IMG/VR virus record: IMGVR_UViG_3300046779_000684 | Span: 44,715 to 108,714 of that record | DNA from: a virus | DNA: 64,000 nucleotides | Direction: 5' to 3' (one strand) | Shown: one piece after another, positions 9,808-17,932 of the stretch | How positions within the stretch are numbered: the first letter of the stretch is position 1 | Layout: each line of letters begins with the position of its first letter | The notes under the pieces: generated by a model | The model's database searches: none | What the model saw: only the letters and a program-made list of their open reading frames with translations | Told to the model about the DNA's origin: nothing | Translations under genes and position numbers: made by a program

Positions 9808-11706
9808 TTATTCTTCACTTTCTGTACTAGCACTCACTTTGTATTTTTCAGGTCTGTTTACCTTGTTGCTTGCTTTAGTAGTAGTCTTGATTATTTTCGA
9901 ATCTGTCATAGGTTTACCAGTATTAGGATTCATTACTGGCTTTCCTTGTGCATCCAATCTAGGTACTTGTACAGTTTCTTCACTACTGTACCCAGTAGAT
10001 TCAGGAGAAGCAATAGCAAATCTTCCTGTCAAGGCATCCCCATTAAGAATAAAGTTCATATTCTCAATGCTACCAACAGAGTAATCAAACGCATCGTTAT
10101 AACTGATTTGTCTTGAACGAGCTATGTCTCCTTCTGCACCAGGTTTTTTACCTTTAGCTACTTCAGCAGCAAGCATCGCAGTAGTTGTATTCAACTGTTG
10201 GCTAACCTGTGTCATAAAGTCATCGTACTCAGCTGCAGTGTTCACGTTAGTAAAACCAAAGATACTAGCAATATCTTGTTTTAGTCTTGCATTTATTTTA
10301 GATGGGCCTAAATAAGTTACTGCTTCCTTGATTTTATTCAACTGAGCAACACCTGTTAATCCTTGAGCTTGTCTAAGAGCCTTTTGTGCTCTCTCCATAT
10401 TCATAGCAGCACCCGAGTTTTTAGGAATACCCATTTGATTTACTGCCTTACCTATAACTGTGTTAAGCTGATTAATTGCATGAGGCACGTTTTTAATTAC
10501 AGCAGTCATCTGAGGAACATCCAACTCAAGATCTTTCTTAGTAGTAATGTAACGGTCTTGAACCTCCATCTGGAACTTAGCCTTATCTCTCTGCATAGAA
10601 AGGTTGTGACGCATCAAGATACGGTTATCCTCCTTCTGTTGTACCCAGTACTCGTTCTTAATTAAGTCTCTAGATACTTTCTGACCTGCGTACATGTTAG
10701 ACATGTTGCTGATGAACTCAGACTTGTAGATACCTGCGTAGTCATTAATGTCAAACTCTTCAAAAGGAGTTTCTGATTTCTGAGAAGCCATAACTCGTAC
10801 CTGATTCTGATAGTCACGCATAGACTTGTATTGGTCTATTTGTTCTTTGATGACAGGTGACTTAGTTTTTGTGTACGACTGTTCCAACTCACCAATAGCT
10901 CTATCCAAACTATTAACTGTAGATGAAGCTGCATCAGCTGTCTGGCGCATATTCTGTACGTACCCGGTGTAAGCATTCTCTTTACCTAGGTTATCCAAGT
11001 TATAGGTTACATCAATCTGTAGTTGACGAAGTGCTTTAGGATTGTTAGCAAGGTAAGCTTCGAACTTCTGAGCAATCTCTGCCTTTGTAAACCCGTCCTT
11101 AGTTACTTTCTCCATGTAAGCAGGTCCGAACTTAGACTGCATGTTTATCTCCTCTGTTTGGTTAGAACCTTTGATGGTACCCCAGAAGTCTTTCCAGTCT
11201 TTGCTAATGTCGTAGTACTCTTCGTAAGCCTTACCGTAGGAAAGTTTTTGACCTAACTTATTTGACTTCAAGTAATCTTGAACGTCCTTCATGTAAAGGT
11301 GATCGTTAGCGGCAGACCGCTTAGAACCATCTACTTTAGCCAAGGCTTCTTGCCTACGTTGAACTTCTTTACCGTTACCTATGGCAGTTAGGATATTACT
11401 ATCTCTTTCGAGTGTCTTACCCATACCAAGAACAGCATTTACGTTTCCTTTGAATGAGAAGTCAACACCAGCGTTCTTATTGATACCTTGTACAAGGTTA
11501 GTCATTGCCTTATCGTAGTATTCTCTTTCTACGTCAGTTAAGATATTTTGTCTTAGACTTGCATAGTTATCTACAGTCTGTTTAACTTGGGCTAAGCCTT
11601 CATCATACATTGACTGTTTCTTCTCTGCATACTTGATGTACTCATCGGATGGCAGAGGAGAGATATAGTCTGGATACTTAAAGGTTTTGGAATTATGCGA
11701 AATCAT
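9808..11706 (-). CDS. Putative internal virion (ejection/cargo) protein, 632 aa
   Basis: Long, helical-looking ORF between the cargo genes and the giant protein, as in crAss-like gene order. Confidence 0.65.
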   Translation of the reverse strand: MISHNSKTFKYPDYISPLPSDEYIKYAEKKQSMYDEGLAQVKQTVDNYASLRQNILTDVEREYYDKAMTNLVQGINKNAGVDFSFKGNVNAVLGMGKTLERDSNILTAIGNGKEVQRRQEALAKVDGSKRSAANDHLYMKDVQDYLKSNKLGQKLSYGKAYEEYYDISKDWKDFWGTIKGSNQTEEINMQSKFGPAYMEKVTKDGFTKAEIAQKFEAYLANNPKALRQLQIDVTYNLDNLGKENAYTGYVQNMRQTADAASSTVNSLDRAIGELEQSYTKTKSPVIKEQIDQYKSMRDYQNQVRVMASQKSETPFEEFDINDYAGIYKSEFISNMSNMYAGQKVSRDLIKNEYWVQQKEDNRILMRHNLSMQRDKAKFQMEVQDRYITTKKDLELDVPQMTAVIKNVPHAINQLNTVIGKAVNQMGIPKNSGAAMNMERAQKALRQAQGLTGVAQLNKIKEAVTYLGPSKINARLKQDIASIFGFTNVNTAAEYDDFMTQVSQQLNTTTAMLAAEVAKGKKPGAEGDIARSRQISYNDAFDYSVGSIENMNFILNGDALTGRFAIASPESTGYSSEETVQVPRLDAQGKPVMNPNTGKPMTDSKIIKTTTKASNKVNRPEKYKVSASTESEE

Positions 11707-11713
11707 GGGTTAG

Positions 11714-14700
11714 TTAACTTTTAGGATATGTGAAGTGGTAAATCTTGCCACCTGCTTTTAAGTAAGCATGTTGAAGACCTCCGTTTTTCTTTTGGAACTT
11801 AGTACCTAAATTCTGTGTTGGGTCAGTAACCATTCCTTCTACTTCATCTAAAGTAGAAGTTGCAAATGGGAATGTACCGGGAGCAGAGGGTTCTGCAACA
11901 CCTGGAGTTCTAGTAGATACAGGGAAAGTACCCGGAGTAGAAGGTTCCATGATTCCCCTAGCTTTAGGTGTATCCATAGCTGTAGTAGGTTGCGTAGATC
12001 CTGAACCAGTACTAGTAGTGCTAGTAGTGGTAGTTCCCGTAGTACCAGTAGTAGTTGTTTTTCCAGTAGTACCTGTACTTTGCTTTTTGTTTGCGTAGTC
12101 TACTATATCACCAGGATTAACAACAGACCAAGTCTTTGTCTTAGGGTCCCAGTTATAAGAGGGCATGAAGTTGTTATGGTAGAACTCCTTCATGTTTTCA
12201 TCTGCATTGTATTGAGCACGGCTTTCTACCAAACCAGTAACTGCTGCTAACTTAGCTTCAGATTGATTAGACTTAGCAGTAGCATACATGTCATTGTAGG
12301 TCTTGTTAAAGAGTTCTGCATTCATAGCATTAGTCTTCAACTCAGCATCAAAGTTAGTAGCATCTGCTTTCCAACGACCTTCAGCATCATAGTTCTGTTT
12401 GGTTTGGAATGCTTTGTTCTTAGCATCCAACGACATTGCATAGGTCATGTTTGGATCGGCACCTGCACGCAAAGCAGAAGCCTGCATGTTATCAATATCC
12501 TGCAACTCACTCTGAATGTTCAAAGTCTGTGGCTTTATGTAAGGAGACTGAGCCTCAGGAATTGCATAAGGGAATATATCCTGTGCTTGAGCCAAACCAT
12601 AAGCTCCAGGAATAGCCTGCATTGTATCGTAAGGAGTTCTAGTATACTTACCTCTTTCTGGAAAGTTAGGGTCGCCAGGCTTACCGGGTTCTTCTGGTTC
12701 TTCAGGTACATCCTCGTATACTGGATTACCTTGGTAGTTGATTGCATCGTAATGCTCCCAACCAGACATCAAGTCGTTGCCCATAGAAGGACGAAAGTCA
12801 CCTTCTCCAAAACTCTTTTCAATGTTCTTGGTTATATCTGCGTACCGATTCTTGTAGAAGTCATCTGACAACAAAGCTTCGTCAGGCACTCCTTCGGTAT
12901 TCATTCCGATATCCTTCAAGAAAGTCTTACGGTTTTCTGCACGAACTTTAGGGTCTTGAGACTCTGCCAACTCAATAGCTTCATCCTCTGACTTACCTTC
13001 TGCCTTGGCTCTTGCGTAAGTAAAACGCTGTTCATATTCTGCAGGACTAAATCCAGCTACAAATGAACCTGTACCTCTGATGGTACCAGTCTTAGGGTCT
13101 CTTTGAGAGTATCCTTCAGTTCCTGTCTGTAATCCAATTTGAAACTGATCTGTACCAAAACCTTTACCTGACTTGTTGATTACGTCAGACATAGCCAAAC
13201 GCTCTTTCATGTTGGCAGGCTTAAAACTACCTGTAATCTCGTACTGACCTTTCTTAGGTCCTTCGTTGATTAACTTGATACTTCCCTCGTTGATACCACG
13301 CTGGAATGCAGCATTAGCTAGTTCTAACTTCTTTTGGTTCTCAGGAGATTGACCTGCCCAAGATTTAATGAAGGTCTTACCTTCATCGTAGTTAGAAGCC
13401 ACGGAAGATTTAGAAGCCTCACGTACACGTTTGGTTTCCATCTTGGTCAATTTCTTTACTGTACCGTCTGCTAGTTGGATATAGTCACCAGGTTTAACTG
13501 TCTTATCGCCTTCTTTCTTAACAACAGTTCCTTCAGGAAGTTTATACTTACGTCCGCCCTCCTGCATGTTGGCAGTAATCTTAGCTTGTACATAACCAGG
13601 AAGTGCTTCAAAGCCAGGATTGTTAATACCACCCTTAGCCATCTGCTTTTGTTCTCCGTTAGAATTTCCGTTAAGAAACTGCTGGTCTCTGAACAATTGG
13701 TCAAGCACCTTCTCATTACGTTCCTTCATCAAGCGAGCAGTCTGCTTATCTACTTCTTTAGCAAAAGGATTCTTTAGAACTTCGTCATACTCAGAAGTAT
13801 CGTAACGTTTAGCAATTTCTGCAAACGTCTTGTTACTGTCTTTACCCTTCTTAGCACGGAACATGGTAGTCATGTCTAATTGACTAAAGTCACCTCCTGC
13901 CTGTAAGTATGCACCTATCTTAGCAAACTGTTCCTCAGGATTAAGGTTAGCTACATCAGAAGGTTTCATATGGTTAGAGAATACTCTAGTGTTGTTTGGT
14001 AGGATAGTATTAACCCCACTCATAGACTGACCATCCGCTTTATAACTTTGCGAGTGAGTAGGTCCTTTAGCTATCTCAGTAGTACCGTCAGGTAGAATCA
14101 AAAACTCTCCGTTTTCAATTTCTACGTTATTGTTTACTCCTTCTGGAGTATTGTAACGGTTTGTAATTTGTGCTCCTTTTTGTGCCATAACAATAGGTTG
14201 GTACTCAGTACCTCCACTCGTAGTACGACCATACATGTAGTTGTAGTCGTAGAGAGGCTTTGATTGTCTAGATTGAATTGATTGATTTAGTTCAGTTTCT
14301 TTACGCTGATCATCCATATAATTAGCAGCACCTAATGCCCCCGTTAATCCAACAGTAGCGTAGTCCTGCCAATTCTCTTTAATGTCATTGCCAATGCTTT
14401 TTATGTTACTCTTTAACTTATCCTTGAAAGAAGGTTCGGGGATTTTATAATCCGACATAAGACCACGCTTCTCAGTCTCTGGCTTAGTCAACGGACCTTG
14501 CTCCATTTCTGGAGTGTTTTGATCTACATCATAGATATTTTCAGGATTAATATTACTGAAAAAAGGTGAGGCATCAGGAGTAAACATACTGTTAGCTTTG
14601 TCAGTATTGAATGTTCCTGGTGCATATGAAGCATTGCCAGTTGTAATGGTGCCTTCAGGTTGCTCTTTAGTACTGTAATTCCCTAGAGGTGCAGGTGGTT

Positions 14701-14791
14701 TGATTGATGGGATACCAAAAGGATTCTCATCACTACCTCCTTCCTTGTAGAATTTCTTACCAAATTTCTTATAAAGAGAATGTCTAAGCAT
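11714..14791 (-). CDS. Modular internal virion cargo protein, 1025 aa
   Basis: NVEIENGE...GPTH module, several hydrophobic-x-x-GG motifs, Thr/Pro-rich C-terminal region; follows the muzzle gene block. Confidence 0.65.
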   Translation of the reverse strand: MLRHSLYKKFGKKFYKEGGSDENPFGIPSIKPPAPLGNYSTKEQPEGTITTGNASYAPGTFNTDKANSMFTPDASPFFSNINPENIYDVDQNTPEMEQGPLTKPETEKRGLMSDYKIPEPSFKDKLKSNIKSIGNDIKENWQDYATVGLTGALGAANYMDDQRKETELNQSIQSRQSKPLYDYNYMYGRTTSGGTEYQPIVMAQKGAQITNRYNTPEGVNNNVEIENGEFLILPDGTTEIAKGPTHSQSYKADGQSMSGVNTILPNNTRVFSNHMKPSDVANLNPEEQFAKIGAYLQAGGDFSQLDMTTMFRAKKGKDSNKTFAEIAKRYDTSEYDEVLKNPFAKEVDKQTARLMKERNEKVLDQLFRDQQFLNGNSNGEQKQMAKGGINNPGFEALPGYVQAKITANMQEGGRKYKLPEGTVVKKEGDKTVKPGDYIQLADGTVKKLTKMETKRVREASKSSVASNYDEGKTFIKSWAGQSPENQKKLELANAAFQRGINEGSIKLINEGPKKGQYEITGSFKPANMKERLAMSDVINKSGKGFGTDQFQIGLQTGTEGYSQRDPKTGTIRGTGSFVAGFSPAEYEQRFTYARAKAEGKSEDEAIELAESQDPKVRAENRKTFLKDIGMNTEGVPDEALLSDDFYKNRYADITKNIEKSFGEGDFRPSMGNDLMSGWEHYDAINYQGNPVYEDVPEEPEEPGKPGDPNFPERGKYTRTPYDTMQAIPGAYGLAQAQDIFPYAIPEAQSPYIKPQTLNIQSELQDIDNMQASALRAGADPNMTYAMSLDAKNKAFQTKQNYDAEGRWKADATNFDAELKTNAMNAELFNKTYNDMYATAKSNQSEAKLAAVTGLVESRAQYNADENMKEFYHNNFMPSYNWDPKTKTWSVVNPGDIVDYANKKQSTGTTGKTTTTGTTGTTTTSTTSTGSGSTQPTTAMDTPKARGIMEPSTPGTFPVSTRTPGVAEPSAPGTFPFATSTLDEVEGMVTDPTQNLGTKFQKKNGGLQHAYLKAGGKIYHFTYPKS

Positions 14792-14855
14792 TAGTTTTTA
14801 ATTTTTTAAGTTATAATATTAAATATTAATAACTAAATAAGTTATACTTATTATA

Positions 14856-14885
14856 CAAATATACAAGATTAACATAAAAAAGCAA
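14856..14885 (-). promoter_or_regulatory. Bacteroidota sigma-A-type promoter
   Basis: TATATTTG (14863-14856) with TTGC 18 nt upstream, overlapping the U-tract of the upstream terminator. Confidence 0.65.
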
Positions 14886-14904
14886 GGGGTAATTGCTTAC
14901 CCCT
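14875..14904 (-). terminator. Rho-independent terminator
   Basis: AGGGGTAA-GCAA-TTACCCCT followed by TGCTTTTTT; overlaps the stop codon of the 53-aa ORF. Confidence 0.85.
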
Positions 14905-15058
14905 GTCCTCTGCTTTTCTTTAGATAGTTTTTACTCGACTTGAGTTTAGAAGCTCTTGTCTTTGCTACAACTCCCTTTCTACGAATCTTAGGTTTAACTT
15001 TAAACTTAAGAGAGATGGAACTTGATTTAGATTTGGTTGATTTTGATGGAGTTGCCAT
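14897..15058 (-). CDS. Small highly basic protein, 53 aa (not in the ORF track)
   Basis: Manual translation MATPSKSTKSKSSSISLKFKVKPKIRRKGVVAKTRASKLKSSKNYLKKSRGQG; fills the gap and ends at the terminator. Confidence 0.75.
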   Translation of the reverse strand: MATPSKSTKSKSSSISLKFKVKPKIRRKGVVAKTRASKLKSSKNYLKKSRGQG

Positions 15059-15083
15059 AGTATAGTTTAGTTAGGTTTAGTAA

Positions 15084-15542
15084 TTAACACTTCCAACGTC
15101 TACGTGCTTGACGTATTCTTGAGTTGGGATCATTCTTAGTAGCTTGAGAAGATCTCTTTAACTGTCCTAGTGAACGAGCACAGTAAGACTTCCTGCGATT
15201 AGCTGCTTTGCTACCTGGCTTTACATTGCCTGTAACAGCCGTTTGTAATTTAGAACCGGGGTTAGCTCTTCTATAAGCTGCCACACCCTTAGCTGTCATA
15301 CCTGCACCCGACTTAGTGGGGCGGTAGTTAGCACTGGGACCTTTAGTAGTATGACGGATAGTTCCTCCCTTAGCCATGTAAGACTGGTAAAGACTTCCTC
15401 CACTACCCATAGACTTAATCTTCTTCTCTTGCTTAAGCATTTCAGGTGTAGGCTTTTTGCCACTACCTTTATTAGCACGGATGTTATCCCAAAGACCTCT
15501 TTGGGAATAAGAACCGTCTTTACGTTTGATCATCTGTTTCAT
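15084..15542 (-). CDS. Basic protein, 152 aa: two small Lys/Arg-rich modules joined by GG motifs (possible DNA-binding core protein)
   Basis: GLWDNIRANK module plus TKSGAGMTAKGVAAYRRANPGSKL...RQARRRWKC module; ATGA overlap with the upstream gene. Confidence 0.7.
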   Translation of the reverse strand: MKQMIKRKDGSYSQRGLWDNIRANKGSGKKPTPEMLKQEKKIKSMGSGGSLYQSYMAKGGTIRHTTKGPSANYRPTKSGAGMTAKGVAAYRRANPGSKLQTAVTGNVKPGSKAANRRKSYCARSLGQLKRSSQATKNDPNSRIRQARRRWKC

Positions 15543-17929
15543 TTCTTGAGTATGTATTTTTCGTAAGCTGCTTGAGTTTTAGGACCCCAGGCTCCATCTG
15601 CCTCTAGACCTGCATTATATTTACTATTCAACATCCTTTGGTAGTTCTGCACTTTACTCTCCTCACTATTCATCTGACTACGTGAAGGTGCTTGTTTAGC
15701 AGGAGTTGTTTGCTTTGATTGAGTTGTAGTAGTAGTTAGAGTCTTCTTGATAGAAGGCTTAGCTTGCTCATAACTCTGTTGGAGTTTAGACTTCTGTACA
15801 ACAGGTTTTGATACGTTTGCAGGTGCTTTCTCTGCAGCAGGTTTAGCTACAGGCTTTGCTTGTTCCTCAGACTGTTTTACCTTTGGCTGAGCGTCTTCCA
15901 TGGCTATCTGCTTTCTAGCGTCCTCTACGTACTTTGTAGGAACTCTCAAGTTAGTTTCAGTTTCTACACCCCACTCATTTGCAAATTTCTCAGCTCTATC
16001 AACTATAGACTTACTATTTGGATTATAAGAGTCAAAGTTATACCTATCGTGTATTAAGTACTCTTCGTCGTTATACTTCTTAAAGTTAGCTTTACCTAGT
16101 GTAGGTTGCATCATTGCTGATCCCCAGTACTCGGTTACGTTATCCAGACGTTTACCTGTTTTTCCATCCAAGGAGGGTAGATTGAATAAGTTAGATAATG
16201 CAGGGTTATGTGCAACTCCTTTCTCGTCTCTGTATCCTGCAGGATAATCTGCATAGTCAAAGCTTCCTGTATAACCGGCATCGCCTGCCTTTGATTTTCT
16301 TGCCTCCGCCTTAGCTATAGCATAAGCTGCAGCTTTTTTCTGACTCTCTGTAAAATCAGCAGTTGTATTATCTTCATCTGCTAATCCCCTTATGTAAGAA
16401 GCTAAAGGAGTAGGAAGTACATTCAATACTCTTCCTGCTAATCCAGACTCCACAGATTGTCTATAGTCTTCCTCAACATCATAGTTTGCCTTCTTTGATA
16501 AGTCCATAGGAGGAATAGAATACACGGCAGTATTGTCTGCATAGATCCTATCCTCTACCTGGGACATAGCTGCTAGTCTATTATTAAGACTAGGGTTAGG
16601 CTTTGATCTAGTTACAGGCTTCTTAGGAATTACCACCGGTGTAATAGGTTTATTAGACATAACCGTGTTAACCCTTGTGTTATCTGAAGTACTCGGGTTA
16701 TCACTACGGAACGTTAAAGGTCTTTGACTAGGTGGTACGTACTTAACGTAACCAGCTTGCTGCATGTATGCTTTCTTTAGTCTAGAAGTACTACCAGAAG
16801 CAACTACAGTACCGTTAACTCCAGGTACAGACATTCCTCCCATTTGTAACTTTGGAAACCCTGCCGCTTTCCATTTATCATAGCCACCTGGACCATACTT
16901 AGCGTATAGTTTTTGTAAATCAGAACTACTCATATTAACAATGTTTTCTCTCTTAGATTGATTAGAATCTGCTATTTCTTTACCAAGACTTTTTTCAGTA
17001 ACATAGTCTAGGAATGTAGGCACAGCTTTACCTGCTAATCCAGGAGATGCCATACCAACAATACCTTGATTCATTTGGGTTCTATTACCACTAGCTGCTC
17101 CCTGAATAATGTCAGTAAAATCCATTACATCGTTTACTCCAGGAGTAATCTGTGGAATTAACTCAACTAAGCTTCTGGAACTTTCTTTTTTCTTGCCTCC
17201 ATTTTGAAAAGACTTACTGTACCTAAATCCTGCAAAGTAACTCTTATCAGTTCCTTGCTCACCTTTGTTGATGTTGTAGTTACCAGATAAAGATAAGTTA
17301 GGAGTGACTTGGTATGAACCCTCAACGCCTGCATTCTCCAACATGTTGTTACGCATGGTAGCATTGGCATTGAGATTAACTTTCTCTGTGTTGTACCCAG
17401 CACTAGCTGTTCTGTAGGTATCTTTTCCTGTAGTAGATTGAGTATAATCTATATAACCTTTGTCACCTTCATATCCGGCACCAAAACCACTAGGAGATAC
17501 ATTAGCGTTAAATCCTTTATTGGAGTAAGCTAATCTCGGAGTCAAGGAATTCATCTGTAGTGAAGGAGCATTGATTGATCCTACTACTTGACCTGAAAGT
17601 TTATTCTTAGATGCTACAGAGAAGTCTACGTCACCTCTAGAGGAGATATTATCAATCCTTCCTCCGAGTTGCATTTGGGTCTCGTAGACTTCCTTATCTT
17701 CAGGAAACTCATACTCCTCACCAGGCTGCATCATTACTTGCTTACCTGACTGCATGCCTACACCAAGTATAGGTTCTTCAAAGTAATCGTCCTCACCATT
17801 AGGACCTTTCATAGTAATCTTATTAGACGGAACAATGACATCATCATTTTGATACCACATCCCTGTCTCATCCACGGGCGTAGAAGATACTCTCTGTTTT
17901 AATCTATCAAGAAAACTACTTACTGACAT
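15539..17929 (-). CDS. Modular virion cargo protein, 796 aa, with a beta-strand-rich segment and a C-terminal peptidoglycan-binding (PG_binding_1-like) module
   Basis: C-terminal VQNYQRMLN...DGAWGPKTQAAY matches the PGBD pattern; internal GG motifs. Confidence 0.7.
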   Translation of the reverse strand: MSVSSFLDRLKQRVSSTPVDETGMWYQNDDVIVPSNKITMKGPNGEDDYFEEPILGVGMQSGKQVMMQPGEEYEFPEDKEVYETQMQLGGRIDNISSRGDVDFSVASKNKLSGQVVGSINAPSLQMNSLTPRLAYSNKGFNANVSPSGFGAGYEGDKGYIDYTQSTTGKDTYRTASAGYNTEKVNLNANATMRNNMLENAGVEGSYQVTPNLSLSGNYNINKGEQGTDKSYFAGFRYSKSFQNGGKKKESSRSLVELIPQITPGVNDVMDFTDIIQGAASGNRTQMNQGIVGMASPGLAGKAVPTFLDYVTEKSLGKEIADSNQSKRENIVNMSSSDLQKLYAKYGPGGYDKWKAAGFPKLQMGGMSVPGVNGTVVASGSTSRLKKAYMQQAGYVKYVPPSQRPLTFRSDNPSTSDNTRVNTVMSNKPITPVVIPKKPVTRSKPNPSLNNRLAAMSQVEDRIYADNTAVYSIPPMDLSKKANYDVEEDYRQSVESGLAGRVLNVLPTPLASYIRGLADEDNTTADFTESQKKAAAYAIAKAEARKSKAGDAGYTGSFDYADYPAGYRDEKGVAHNPALSNLFNLPSLDGKTGKRLDNVTEYWGSAMMQPTLGKANFKKYNDEEYLIHDRYNFDSYNPNSKSIVDRAEKFANEWGVETETNLRVPTKYVEDARKQIAMEDAQPKVKQSEEQAKPVAKPAAEKAPANVSKPVVQKSKLQQSYEQAKPSIKKTLTTTTTQSKQTTPAKQAPSRSQMNSEESKVQNYQRMLNSKYNAGLEADGAWGPKTQAAYEKYILKK

Positions 17930-17932
17930 AAC

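Noticed and set aside
16020-16330. Colicin M-like lipid II hydrolase motif (TLG...DRYNFD) in the 796-aa protein
   Set aside because: Only a fragmentary resemblance; the D-x-Y-D and His-Arg catalytic residues are not present
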